A stretch of 64,000 bases of DNA from contig DIYH01000028.1 in the NCBI GenBank assembly GCA_002435755.1, positions 240,510 to 304,509 of the forward strand. The letters run 5' to 3'. Below, piece after piece: positions 1 through 9,111 of the stretch. This DNA is from Flammeovirgaceae bacterium UBA6059. GTDB taxonomy: Bacteria; Bacteroidota; Bacteroidia; Cytophagales; Cyclobacteriaceae. The notes beneath the pieces were generated by a model. That model worked only from the letters and a program-made list of their open reading frames with translations. It had not been told where the DNA came from and did not search any database. Within the stretch, counting starts at the first letter, position 1. Every line of letters starts with the position of its first letter. Both the position numbers and the translations under genes were made by a program.

Positions 1-363
1 GCTATTTTCAAAATTTGAGAAATCTTGGGAGGGTGCATATGAAGGAAGTGTTTCTACACGAGGATTATCTTCATTGATTGGCTCTTCTGAGTAGTCATCC
101 TCTTCCTCTATAGGCAATTGCAGAGGTGTATTGTCTACTTCATCCTGCTCAGAAATTGATGTAATCGAACTTGTATCAGTCTCCGACTCATCGCTTTGTT
201 CTGACTCCTTTATCTCTGCTTTTTGTGGGTTTCTCGAAACCCCATAGGAGATGACGTTATGCTTTTCGGTAGGCTGTGGAATAAAATACAAAACTGCTCC
301 TATTACCGCCGTAAACAGGAGGTATTTGAGAAGATTTGTAAGGCCTGGTCTTTCGTCGCTCAT
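1..363 (-). CDS. hypothetical membrane-anchored acidic protein, N-terminal part only (ORF runs off the window start)
   Basis: Manual reverse translation from the ATG at 361-363 gives MSDERPGLTNLLKYLLFTAVIGAVLYFIPQ..., one hydrophobic helix followed by a D/E/S-rich stretch. There is no stop before position 1, so it is absent from the ORF track. Confidence 0.4.
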   Translation of the reverse strand, partial: MSDERPGLTNLLKYLLFTAVIGAVLYFIPQPTEKHNVISYGVSRNPQKAEIKESEQSDESETDTSSITSISEQDEVDNTPLQLPIEEEDDYSEEPINEDNPRVETLPSYAPSQDFSNFENS

Positions 364-447
364 GCTATACTACCGTACCCGGCAAAAATACAGTTTATTT
401 ACAAATGGATCAGAATAACTATTTGGGTCAGTTTGCCACAATAAATA

Positions 448-477
448 AGCCCCTTGACTAGCTAAAATCAAGGGGCT
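448..477 (-). terminator. putative rho-independent terminator downstream of secDF
   Basis: 10-bp stem AGCCCCTTGA / TCAAGGGGCT with a 10-nt loop. On the minus strand it is followed by TATTTAT, and it lies 25 nt past the secDF stop. Confidence 0.5.
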
Positions 478-501
478 CAATGAGCTTAGTTCTGGCCCAG
501 A

Positions 502-3500
502 CTAGGCAGCTACTGCCGCTTTCTTAGCCTCACGCTTGTCCAAGTCTATTACGATAGGGGTCGCGATAAACACAGATGAGTAGGTACCGATCAAAATACC
601 TACGATGAAAGCAAATGAGAACCCTTGAAGTGATGGACCACCAAATGCAAAAAGGATAATTACAACAATCAACGTAGTGAAAGATGTGATGACGGTTCTG
701 TTAAGCGTCTTATTGAGTGCTTCGTTAAAGACACTGATCTTATCAGATCCGGCCTTCACCTGCATGTTTTCCCTGACACGGTCAAACACTACCACGGTAT
801 CGTTGATGGAGTAACCAATGATGGACAGGATCGAAGCAATGAATACCTGATCAATCTCGTAAGTAATGCCAAATAGCCCGATGATCGCAAATGCAGAAAG
901 CACAAATAACGTATCATGGAAAAGCGCCACTACGGCACCCAAACTAAACTGCCATTTTCTAAATCTCACCAGGATGTACAGGAAGATCGCTATCAACGCT
1001 AGCACACCAGACTGATATGAGCTGTTTTTGATATCATCTGCAATTGTAGCCCCTACCTTCGAAGAGCTTGCTATCGCAAAACTGCTCTCATCAACGTTGG
1101 TATCATCAGGAGTATACTTCAGACCACTGAAGTTTTCCAACCCAGAGATCAAAGTAGCACGTACCTGCTCATCTGCTTCATCAGACTCATCATCTATCAT
1201 AAATGAGGTCGTGATTTTCACTGTATTGGTTGCTCCAAAAGTTTTCACTTCAACGCCCTTTCCATCAAAAGCTGTGCTTAGCGCTGCTCGCATCTCAGAT
1301 GGTACTACCGGATCGTTAAATGAGACTACATAGGAACGGCCTCCAGTAAAGTCCACACCAAATACCAACCCGTTGATGATCATAGCCACTATGCCAATAC
1401 CAATGAAAGTACCTGAAAACAGATAAGCAATTCTACGCTTACCGATGAAGTTTTTGCTGATGCCTGATAATAAGTTGGCTGTAAAAGGAAGCGAGAAACT
1501 CAATTTGCTTTGATCTCCCTTCTTCACAAACGCTTCTACGATCACCCTGGTAATAAATACCGCTGAGAAGAATGAACAGATGATACCAATGATCAATGTG
1601 ACGGCAAAGCCTTTGACTGGCCCCTGTCCAAGGGAATAAAGGATAACACCCGTAAGAAGTGTGGTCACATTAGCATCGATGATCGAGCTGTAAGCTTTGT
1701 CATAACCGGCCGAGATTGCTTGACGAAGACCTGATCCATTTCTCAATTCTTCTTTGATCCTTTCGAAGATCAGTACATTGGCATCAATGGACATACCTAT
1801 GGTCAACACTATACCTGCAATTCCTGGTAAGGTAAGCGCTGCTGCCAGCTGGGCCAGAATACCCAAAATGAAAAATACATTAAAAAATAGTGCTACTACT
1901 GCAATCAAGCCACCCCCGGAATAGTAGATCGCCATGAATACAATTACAATAGCCAGACCAGCCAGAATTGAAGTAATACCTTGATTCTGTGCCACTTTAC
2001 CCAGTGTAGGCCCGATTACTACATCTTCTACAATAGTCGTTGGTGCAGGGAGGGTACCCGCTTTAAGAATATTGGCAAGGTCTTTTGCCTCCTCTAGTGT
2101 GAAATTACCTGTGATCTGCGAGTTACCGTTAGGGATCTCTCCTTGTACCATTGGCGCAGAATACACGTAGTTATCAAGCACAATAGCAATGCGCTTGCCG
2201 ATATTCTCGGAAGTCATTCTACGCCATTTTTTAGCTCCTTCCGCGTTCATCTGCATACTGATAGAGGGGCGTGTTGCCTGATCCAAATCCTGGCGTGCAT
2301 CAGTGATCACCTCACCGGTAAGCGGCGCACGTCCTCCACGTGACAGTCTGATAGCATATAGCTCTAGCAATTCATTGTTCGAGAGATCATTTTCGAGATC
2401 AAGTGGCTTTACTGCCCACAAGAACTTCATCGTAGGCGGGATCACCCCCTGGATGTCAGGATCCTGTAGTATGCGATTGATCTGGGCAGTGTCTCTGGTA
2501 TCATAGACCATGCCATAGCCTTGCTGCATCTTTGTAAACAAGGGTGATACTGTTGAATTGAGCTCCTCATCAAGATCTGTTTGTTCCAGATCGGCAGCCA
2601 GGTCAGAAGTGTCAGCTTCTGTGTCCTCACCTCCATCTGTCAACAGATCTTCCGGAGTTTCCTCACTTAACAAGTCACCCAGGTCTCCTATAGAAGTATC
2701 CGCTTCACCCTCATCATCAGAAGTAAGGTCAGGACCTGCAACTTCTTGCTTCGCAACGTACACATCGTTCATAGACTGAAGTGTCTGAGCTATTTCATTG
2801 ATCTCATTCACTTCCCAAAACTCAAGCTTAGCAACACCTTGCAGCAGCTTGCGGACTCTTTCCGGGTTGTCAACGCCAGGGAGTTCTACCTGGATGCGAC
2901 CGGTTCCCTGCAATCTCTGAATATTAGGCTGAGAAGTACCGAAACGGTCAATTCTGGTTCTTAGGATATTGAAAGACCGATCGATCGCGCTTTCTACCTC
3001 TGTGTTGATCACATCCAGTACCACATCATCAGATGAATCGAAGCTGATCCTTCCGCGGTTTGATGCGGTAGCAAAAATAGCCGCCAGGTTTTTATCAGGG
3101 GCGTTCTGCTGGAAGGCTACATAAAACTCGTCTACAAAACTAAGCTGGGTACCTCTTATAGCTTGCTTCGCATCCTCAAGGGATTTGAGAAAGTCGGCAT
3201 CCTGGTTGTTTCCCGATAGGCCTTTTATGATATCGATGGGTGATACCTCAAGAGTCACGTGCATACCACCCTGCAGGTCAAGACCAAGATTTAGCTCAGT
3301 CTCTTTGATGTCCTGGTAAGTGTAGTCAGCACCTAAGAGGTTGTAAACCGGCGTACGCCAGATCGAATCGAGATATTGCTGACGCTTGGCATATTCTATG
3401 TTGCCATTGTTGTCGCGTGAGTACTCAGTAGCTTCTTTTTGGATGCCCTGAGAGACAAACGTAAATGATAAATAATAAATACAAAGTAGTGAAATGACTA

Positions 3501-3534
3501 TCGTCAAAAACACCACACCGCCTTTGTTGCGCAT
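502..3534 (-). CDS. secDF: protein translocase subunit SecDF (fused SecD-SecF)
   Basis: 1010-aa ORF with an N-terminal TM helix, a large periplasmic domain and two six-TM blocks carrying SecD/SecF-type motifs (LDLQGGMHV, GPTLG, TLPGIAGIVLTIGMSIDANVLIFERIKEE, GYSINDTVVVFDRVRE). Confidence 0.95.
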   Translation of the reverse strand: MRNKGGVVFLTIVISLLCIYYLSFTFVSQGIQKEATEYSRDNNGNIEYAKRQQYLDSIWRTPVYNLLGADYTYQDIKETELNLGLDLQGGMHVTLEVSPIDIIKGLSGNNQDADFLKSLEDAKQAIRGTQLSFVDEFYVAFQQNAPDKNLAAIFATASNRGRISFDSSDDVVLDVINTEVESAIDRSFNILRTRIDRFGTSQPNIQRLQGTGRIQVELPGVDNPERVRKLLQGVAKLEFWEVNEINEIAQTLQSMNDVYVAKQEVAGPDLTSDDEGEADTSIGDLGDLLSEETPEDLLTDGGEDTEADTSDLAADLEQTDLDEELNSTVSPLFTKMQQGYGMVYDTRDTAQINRILQDPDIQGVIPPTMKFLWAVKPLDLENDLSNNELLELYAIRLSRGGRAPLTGEVITDARQDLDQATRPSISMQMNAEGAKKWRRMTSENIGKRIAIVLDNYVYSAPMVQGEIPNGNSQITGNFTLEEAKDLANILKAGTLPAPTTIVEDVVIGPTLGKVAQNQGITSILAGLAIVIVFMAIYYSGGGLIAVVALFFNVFFILGILAQLAAALTLPGIAGIVLTIGMSIDANVLIFERIKEELRNGSGLRQAISAGYDKAYSSIIDANVTTLLTGVILYSLGQGPVKGFAVTLIIGIICSFFSAVFITRVIVEAFVKKGDQSKLSFSLPFTANLLSGISKNFIGKRRIAYLFSGTFIGIGIVAMIINGLVFGVDFTGGRSYVVSFNDPVVPSEMRAALSTAFDGKGVEVKTFGATNTVKITTSFMIDDESDEADEQVRATLISGLENFSGLKYTPDDTNVDESSFAIASSSKVGATIADDIKNSSYQSGVLALIAIFLYILVRFRKWQFSLGAVVALFHDTLFVLSAFAIIGLFGITYEIDQVFIASILSIIGYSINDTVVVFDRVRENMQVKAGSDKISVFNEALNKTLNRTVITSFTTLIVVIILFAFGGPSLQGFSFAFIVGILIGTYSSVFIATPIVIDLDKREAKKAAVAA

Positions 3535-3611
3535 GATAATTTATGAGTTAAAGAAATGAAATTGAATGAGTAATGATGGCCTACGGCCAAGAATAGATAA
3601 ACAGCTAAGCC

Positions 3612-3986
3612 CTAGGGTGCATTCGGAGAAATAATTCGTCGAAATAGAGTCTTAAGAAATTCTGCTCCATAGTCAGTAGCTAACCAGGTTGGTACTTCTA
3701 CCTGATCTTCTACTTCATTGATTTCACCAAAGTACAGCAATATAGGCACAGCCAAATGCACATGCACCACTTGGGCCACAGCTGTAAATGCACTGATTTT
3801 TTCACTACCTACCGGAGATTCATTTTCATCTGGTTGAGCTGCGGTCACTTCATCATTGAAGTCTTGCTCAGGATGATACTGGAGTGTACTCGAGCATATC
3901 ACAAAAAGACCCGTAATGATCCCAAAGATCACGCTGATCCGTTTTTTGCTGCTACCTATGCTGAGTAGTTTTTTCATGCAGGGCAC
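3612..3986 (-). CDS. hypothetical small membrane/secreted protein
   Basis: 124-aa ORF directly upstream of secDF on the same strand, with a hydrophobic N-terminal segment (ISVIFGIITGLFVICSS). The start may be the MKKLL methionine at 3977. No recognisable family. Confidence 0.45.
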   Translation of the reverse strand: MPCMKKLLSIGSSKKRISVIFGIITGLFVICSSTLQYHPEQDFNDEVTAAQPDENESPVGSEKISAFTAVAQVVHVHLAVPILLYFGEINEVEDQVEVPTWLATDYGAEFLKTLFRRIISPNAP

Positions 3987-4031
3987 AAAAGTATGGAATA
4001 AATGTCAAAAAACTATTGCTTGATCAAAGCC

Positions 4032-4658
4032 TCAATGATACTGCCTGATGATTTCATTACAGTACGCTACTAATACGCTAAGTGCGTTTTTGAAGTCGGA
4101 ATTATTGGGGATGATCAAGTCAGCACTATGTTTAAAAGGTTCTATGTATTTCTGATAAGTAGGCGCTACATGCTTCTCGTAGCGATACAGTACATCGTCC
4201 AGGTCGTAACCTCTCTCCTTTGCATCCCTTATGATCCTGCGCTTCAGCATAAGGAAGTTCTGCGCTTCGATGAATATCCTTAAATCAAGCAATTCAGATA
4301 CGACACTGAAGTAAAACACAAAAATACCCTCGACGACAATGATCGGTGCTGGCTTGAAGACTAGCATCTTCGGTTCTACATCTGGATTGTTGAAAGTATA
4401 TTCTAGGCGCTGGACCTCCTCTCCTGCCTTTAGCTTTCGTATGTCATCAGCAAATGCTTCATGATCAATTCCACCAGGGGTATCGAAGTTTCTAACGCCG
4501 TTTTCATCCACTGGCTGGCTATCTCGCTGCTTGTAGTAGTTGTCTTGTGAGATCAAGCAGACCTGCTCAGAACTGTATTGCTTAAGAAGGCTATTCAAAA
4601 AATAGGTTTTACCCGAGCCACTGCCTCCTGTGATGCCAACTATCGTGGAATGCCGCAT
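4032..4658 (-). CDS. udk: uridine kinase
   Basis: P-loop GITGGSGSGKT plus ISQDNYY, VVEGI and RRIIRDAKERG blocks, collinear with Udk. 208 aa. Confidence 0.9.
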   Translation of the reverse strand: MRHSTIVGITGGSGSGKTYFLNSLLKQYSSEQVCLISQDNYYKQRDSQPVDENGVRNFDTPGGIDHEAFADDIRKLKAGEEVQRLEYTFNNPDVEPKMLVFKPAPIIVVEGIFVFYFSVVSELLDLRIFIEAQNFLMLKRRIIRDAKERGYDLDDVLYRYEKHVAPTYQKYIEPFKHSADLIIPNNSDFKNALSVLVAYCNEIIRQYH

Positions 4659-4675
4659 GCGAGCAAATGTAAGTA

Positions 4676-5251
4676 CTAATGGCTTTTTAAGAAATTTACC
4701 AGTTTGGCGATAGCCAGCCCCCTGTGCGAAATGGCATTTTTCTCGTCAGCAGACATTTCTGCAAAGGTATTTTGATACCCCGTTGGACGGAAGACAGGGT
4801 CGTAACCGAAACCGTCTTCTCCCTGTAGTTCTCGAGTTATTTCTCCTCCAACTACTCCCGAGAACTGCTCCACTTCTCCCCCTCGGATCAGCGTCACAAT
4901 GGTCTTAAACTGTGCAAATCGATGATCTACTTCTCCCAGGTTTTTAAGGAGTAGGGAGATATTTGATTGGTTATTGCGATCTGGGCCAGCATATCGGGCG
5001 GAGTATACTCCCGGAGCACCATCAAGGTATGCCACTTCAAGTCCCGTATCATCGGCAAAACAGTCTACACCGTAGTGGTCAAATACGTATTGTGCCTTTT
5101 CGAGTGAATTAGCCTCTAGGGTATCTCCTGTCTCGGGTAGTTCTTCCTGACAGCCAATATCCTTAAGACTCTTAATATCAAACTGACCACCAAGTAGCTG
5201 CCGGATCTCTCGCAGTTTATTAGGGTTATTGGTTGCGAAACAGATGGTCAT
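4676..5251 (-). CDS. rdgB: non-canonical purine NTP pyrophosphatase (RdgB/HAM1 family)
   Basis: FATNNPNKLREI, DDTGLEV and GFGYDPVF...SHRG motifs. The ORF track starts at a TTG (5254); the ATG at 5249-5251 shares one nucleotide with the upstream FKBP gene's TGA stop. Confidence 0.9.
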   Translation of the reverse strand: MTICFATNNPNKLREIRQLLGGQFDIKSLKDIGCQEELPETGDTLEANSLEKAQYVFDHYGVDCFADDTGLEVAYLDGAPGVYSARYAGPDRNNQSNISLLLKNLGEVDHRFAQFKTIVTLIRGGEVEQFSGVVGGEITRELQGEDGFGYDPVFRPTGYQNTFAEMSADEKNAISHRGLAIAKLVNFLKSH

Positions 5252-5889
5252 CAATTGGTGCGTACTTGTACCAGATGTATCTCAAAAAGCAACACTGAAT
5301 TTTCAGGTATGGCAAAGCCAGAGTTGTTGTCGAAACCGAATGGCCCTAGTGCCAGATTTGAGGGCAGAATAACTACAGCTTTTGAGCCTTCGTCCATCAG
5401 TCCCAATGCTTGCCCTATACCTACTTTCAACTGTGGCATTAGGGTGAGGTAGCTGTATTGACCATTGAAGCCCAACTGTTGACCGTTCTCTGTGTAGTTG
5501 AACCTCCAAACTGTGAAGTCACCATTGTCTTTACCAATAATATTGTCATTTGCCACGGACTCGATATTTGAATCGAATACTGTTCCATCCAGGTAGCGAC
5601 CTATGAAGCTGATTGATACAATATCGTTGAGCTCCGGAAAAGTGCCATTTCCTTCTTCTGATAGATAATACCTTGCTCCCCAAGAAGTGGTGGAGACTCC
5701 TTCAATCTGATTCTCAGCCAGAAATGCATCGATCAAGGCATTGTCTTCGGCCAATTGCGCCAGACTATCTTCGGAAGATTGCACTGGTACATCAGGGTCG
5801 ACTATAGTCAGACCACTGTCAGAGCACGATGACAATCCCACTGCCACAACTATTGCTAAACCCACTATTATTTTTACGAACCTTCGCAT
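5251..5889 (-). CDS. divergent FKBP-type peptidyl-prolyl isomerase-like lipoprotein
   Basis: Lipoprotein signal (LAIVVAVGLSSCSD). The C-terminal half keeps FKBP blocks (GRYLDGTVFDSN, VVILPSNLALGP, IPENSVLLFEIHLVQV) but has an insertion and lacks the GW motif. Confidence 0.65.
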   Translation of the reverse strand: MRRFVKIIVGLAIVVAVGLSSCSDSGLTIVDPDVPVQSSEDSLAQLAEDNALIDAFLAENQIEGVSTTSWGARYYLSEEGNGTFPELNDIVSISFIGRYLDGTVFDSNIESVANDNIIGKDNGDFTVWRFNYTENGQQLGFNGQYSYLTLMPQLKVGIGQALGLMDEGSKAVVILPSNLALGPFGFDNNSGFAIPENSVLLFEIHLVQVRTN

Positions 5890-5890
5890 C

Positions 5891-6415
5891 CTACCTAAGA
5901 GCTACCACTTTAATGTCAAAAATCAATATAGAGTTAGGGTCAATGGGGAGATTGTTTCCAGCTGTAAAGGATTGATTACCGAAAGCCAATGGGGACGGAA
6001 TGATCAAGGTCCCACTACTCTCTTCCTGGAACAGGGGTATCCCAATATTCCATCCTTCTATGACTGACTGTGTTGGATCTGTGGAGCCAAGTACAAATTC
6101 TAAAGGCACTCCCTCAACAGACTGATCAAATACAGTTCGCTCGATGGTCGTACCCAGGTAATCGATAAATACCGTTTGTCCAACTTGCGGGAAAATGCCA
6201 TTACCTAGTTCGTCGATTCGATAAAACAGGCCTTCAGATGTTTGGGTAAATCCCGAAAGATCATTTTCTATAAGGTATCCTTCAATTCTCTGAATATCAA
6301 AGGCCAGCTGCTCCTCGACAGTACGTGTCACTCCAAAGAAATTGTCCTCCTCATCACTACACCCCACCAAGACGATCAAACTCACCGAGAAGATCGCTAC
6401 TTTCAATTTCTCCAT
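5891..6415 (-). CDS. FKBP-type peptidyl-prolyl isomerase lipoprotein
   Basis: Lipoprotein signal (SLIVLVGCSDE) and FKBP blocks (VFIDYLGTTIERTVFDQS, VIEGWNIGIPLF, LIIPSPLAFG, LIFDIKVV). Confidence 0.75.
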   Translation of the reverse strand: MEKLKVAIFSVSLIVLVGCSDEEDNFFGVTRTVEEQLAFDIQRIEGYLIENDLSGFTQTSEGLFYRIDELGNGIFPQVGQTVFIDYLGTTIERTVFDQSVEGVPLEFVLGSTDPTQSVIEGWNIGIPLFQEESSGTLIIPSPLAFGNQSFTAGNNLPIDPNSILIFDIKVVALR

Positions 6416-6460
6416 TATTCCTTTTTTATTCAGAACAACCTAACGGCTGATTTCCTCTAA

Positions 6461-7357
6461 TTATTGAAAATCAACCAACTCAACATCAAACTTTAGTATT
6501 GCATAGGGTGGAATTGCACCCCCAGCACCACGCTCCCCATAAGCTAATGGACTCGGAATATATAAGGTTGCCTTGGCTCCTTTGTTTAGCAATGCTATGC
6601 CTTCATCCCAACCTTTGATCACCTGACCTCTACCTATTGGAAAACTTAAAGGTTCACCTCTGTCATAAGAAGAATCGAACTGGGTGCCATCCATCAAGGT
6701 ACCTCGGTAGTGCACCGATACATTCTGACCTGCTTCTGGCGTACCTCCATTTCCCTCTTCTGTAATAACATATCGCAAGCCCGACTCAGTTGTTTCAGCT
6801 TCAATACCATTTTCAGTAAGATATGTGTCTATCGTAGCTCCATCTTCTACTAGTTTTTCTTCCATCGACACGGCCATTTCTGCTCTTTGCTTCTCATACT
6901 GCTCACGTTGAAAAGCAATGTACTCGTCACGTGACATATGGTCGACCAGACATAAATTGAAGGTAATATCACTCGCTGCATCAATAGAATCTGGCACAGG
7001 CATATTGAAGGTGGTTTCATAAAAATCACTGGCAGGCAGCTTGAATGTTACACTATCACCCTTTTTTACCAGTCTAAGCGCCTCATAGATCATTCCACTT
7101 TGTGACCATACCGAATCAATATATTGCATGGCCACAGGACCTCCCTGGAGGTCGGTGTTAAACAATTCCACACCTCTCTCATCCTCATACTTCATATTGA
7201 GTGTCAGAATCTGTCCATCCTCAGGTGCTGTCTGACCATCTCCTTTTTTGAGAAAAGTGACCTTCATTCCCGAATCTGTCGTCACTTCGTTTGACTCACT
7301 GGCACATCCATAAATCAATACACCCGCCACTGCCAGTGTCATTAGTCTTTTCAACAT
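6461..7357 (-). CDS. FKBP-type peptidyl-prolyl isomerase lipoprotein with N-terminal extra domain
   Basis: Lipoprotein signal (VAGVLIYGCAS) and a canonical FKBP C-terminus (VSVHYRGTLMDGTQFDSSYDRGEPLSFPIGRGQVIKGWDEGIALL...LYIPSPLAYGERG...LKFDVELV). Confidence 0.85.
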   Translation of the reverse strand: MLKRLMTLAVAGVLIYGCASESNEVTTDSGMKVTFLKKGDGQTAPEDGQILTLNMKYEDERGVELFNTDLQGGPVAMQYIDSVWSQSGMIYEALRLVKKGDSVTFKLPASDFYETTFNMPVPDSIDAASDITFNLCLVDHMSRDEYIAFQREQYEKQRAEMAVSMEEKLVEDGATIDTYLTENGIEAETTESGLRYVITEEGNGGTPEAGQNVSVHYRGTLMDGTQFDSSYDRGEPLSFPIGRGQVIKGWDEGIALLNKGAKATLYIPSPLAYGERGAGGAIPPYAILKFDVELVDFQ

Positions 7358-7361
7358 TATA

Positions 7362-8384
7362 CTATGCGTTTATTTTGTCTACAAATCTATCCTGGTGATC
7401 CAACACCATTTTTTTAAACTTACTCACAGTGGCCTCAAAGCTTTCCTTTGATGCCCCACCGGCAGCATTCTTATGTCCACCACCGTTGAAGTATTCTTTT
7501 GCCAAATCATTGACGGGTACGTCACCGAATGAGCGAAACGACAACTTCACCTGATCTTCTCTCTCGATGATAATAGCCGCCATGGCGATTCCTTTGATCG
7601 ATAGCGCATAATTCACCAAGCCTTCAGTATCACCTGTCTGATAATTGAACTTATTGAGATCTTCCTTGCTCAAAGTAAAGAAGGCAACATTAACATCCTT
7701 GATGACCGTTAGTCGCTCAGCCAGCGCAAATCCAGTCAACTTGAGCCTGTTGAGATTATTGTTATCATAGATCAACTTGCTCACCATACTCACATTTGCA
7801 CCCCTATCTATAAGGCCCGCGACAATGCGATGCACGCGACTGGAGGTGGACGAATGCTTGAATGAGCCTGTATCTGTCATGATCCCAGCATACAGACATT
7901 CGGCAATATCAGGAGTGATTTGATCCAGGTCCTTCAGCATGCGTATAAGCTCGTAAACCAATTCGGCTGTAGCAGCGGCTTTGGTATCCCACAATGTAAA
8001 ATCTGCAAAATCTTCAGGATCTAAGTGATGATCTATCAGCACCTTTAGGGCTGTAGCCTTTTGTACAAGAACACCCAGGTCTTGTATCCTGTTGAGGCTT
8101 GAAAAATCCAAGCAGAAAATCATGTCAGCATTAGCAACAAGTTCGGCCGACTCAGCCTCGCCTCCTTCATTGAAGATAAGTACATCTTCATGCCCCTGCA
8201 TCCAGTTGAGGAAAGCAGGGTAATTGGTCGGGCTGATCACAGTCACCTGATGTCCTTTGGCAATGAGATAACTGGCTAGCGCCAATGATGAACCAAGGGC
8301 ATCTGCGTCAGGTTTGATGTGGGTAGTGATAACTATCTGCTGTGGTCGACTGATAGCTTCTCGAAAGGCCTCTATGTTTTGCAT
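7362..8384 (-). CDS. nrnA: DHH-family phosphoesterase, NrnA-like bifunctional oligoribonuclease/pAp phosphatase
   Basis: DHH motifs (ITTHIKPDADALGS, DHH) and DHHA1 motif GGGHKNAAG. 340 aa. Confidence 0.85.
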   Translation of the reverse strand: MQNIEAFREAISRPQQIVITTHIKPDADALGSSLALASYLIAKGHQVTVISPTNYPAFLNWMQGHEDVLIFNEGGEAESAELVANADMIFCLDFSSLNRIQDLGVLVQKATALKVLIDHHLDPEDFADFTLWDTKAAATAELVYELIRMLKDLDQITPDIAECLYAGIMTDTGSFKHSSTSSRVHRIVAGLIDRGANVSMVSKLIYDNNNLNRLKLTGFALAERLTVIKDVNVAFFTLSKEDLNKFNYQTGDTEGLVNYALSIKGIAMAAIIIEREDQVKLSFRSFGDVPVNDLAKEYFNGGGHKNAAGGASKESFEATVSKFKKMVLDHQDRFVDKINA

Positions 8385-8571
8385 TCAACCACTATTAGCG
8401 GAAATGGAAGTGCAAAAGTGTGTATAATCTGTCTCAAAACCAAGGTAGGCAATTGACATGAATCACCCCTTTAGGATAGGACAAAGAACTACAGCAATCA
8501 GTATCAAATGATAAGCGTGTGTTAGCCAGACGGATATTCAGCCTCAGGTTTTACTTGTGACAGCATTGACT

Positions 8572-8579
8572 TAACTTTG
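8572..8579 (+). promoter_or_regulatory. candidate Bacteroidota -7 promoter box (TAACTTTG) for ndk
   Basis: Exact match to TAnnTTTG, 40 nt upstream of the ndk ATG. Confidence 0.4.
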
Positions 8580-8618
8580 CGCCTCATTAGACATATCCAT
8601 AAATAGAAAACATAAAAA

Positions 8619-9038
8619 ATGGCAGGCAATATCACTTTTACCATGATCAAACCTGACGCTGTAGGCGCGGGTAATGTAGGTGCTATCACTAAGATGATCC
8701 AGGAGGCAGGATTCACCATCAAAGCAATGAAATTGACTAAAATGAGTGGTGAAAGAGCCGGACAGTTTTATGCTGTGCATAAGGAGCGTCCATTTTATGC
8801 AGACCTTTGCAAGTACATGTCATCAGGTGCTATCGTACCCATGATCCTTGAAAAGGACAATGCTGTAGAAGATTTCCGTAAGTTGATTGGTGCTACAGAC
8901 CCTACTAAAGCTGAAGCTGGTACCATCAGAAACCTCTTCGCCAAGTCAATCGAGGCAAATGCCATTCACGGTAGTGACTCTGACGAGAATGCGCTCATCG
9001 AAGGAAGCTTCTTCTTCTCACAAACTGAGCAGTTCTAA
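8619..9038 (+). CDS. ndk: nucleoside-diphosphate kinase
   Basis: 139-aa ORF with [21 protein letters not shown] and the NAIHGSD active-site His motif. Confidence 0.95.
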   Translation: MAGNITFTMIKPDAVGAGNVGAITKMIQEAGFTIKAMKLTKMSGERAGQFYAVHKERPFYADLCKYMSSGAIVPMILEKDNAVEDFRKLIGATDPTKAEAGTIRNLFAKSIEANAIHGSDSDENALIEGSFFFSQTEQF

Positions 9039-9068
9039 AGCTCAATAGAAAGAATAGTAAGTCTTAAG

Positions 9069-9111
9069 CCTCACTTTGATGCTGTATAGTGGCAATGGGT
9101 GAGGTTTTTTT
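9069..9111 (+). terminator. weak candidate terminator after ndk
   Basis: CCTCAC ... GTGAGG stem followed by a T7 run. The loop is long (24 nt), so this is tentative. Confidence 0.35.
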
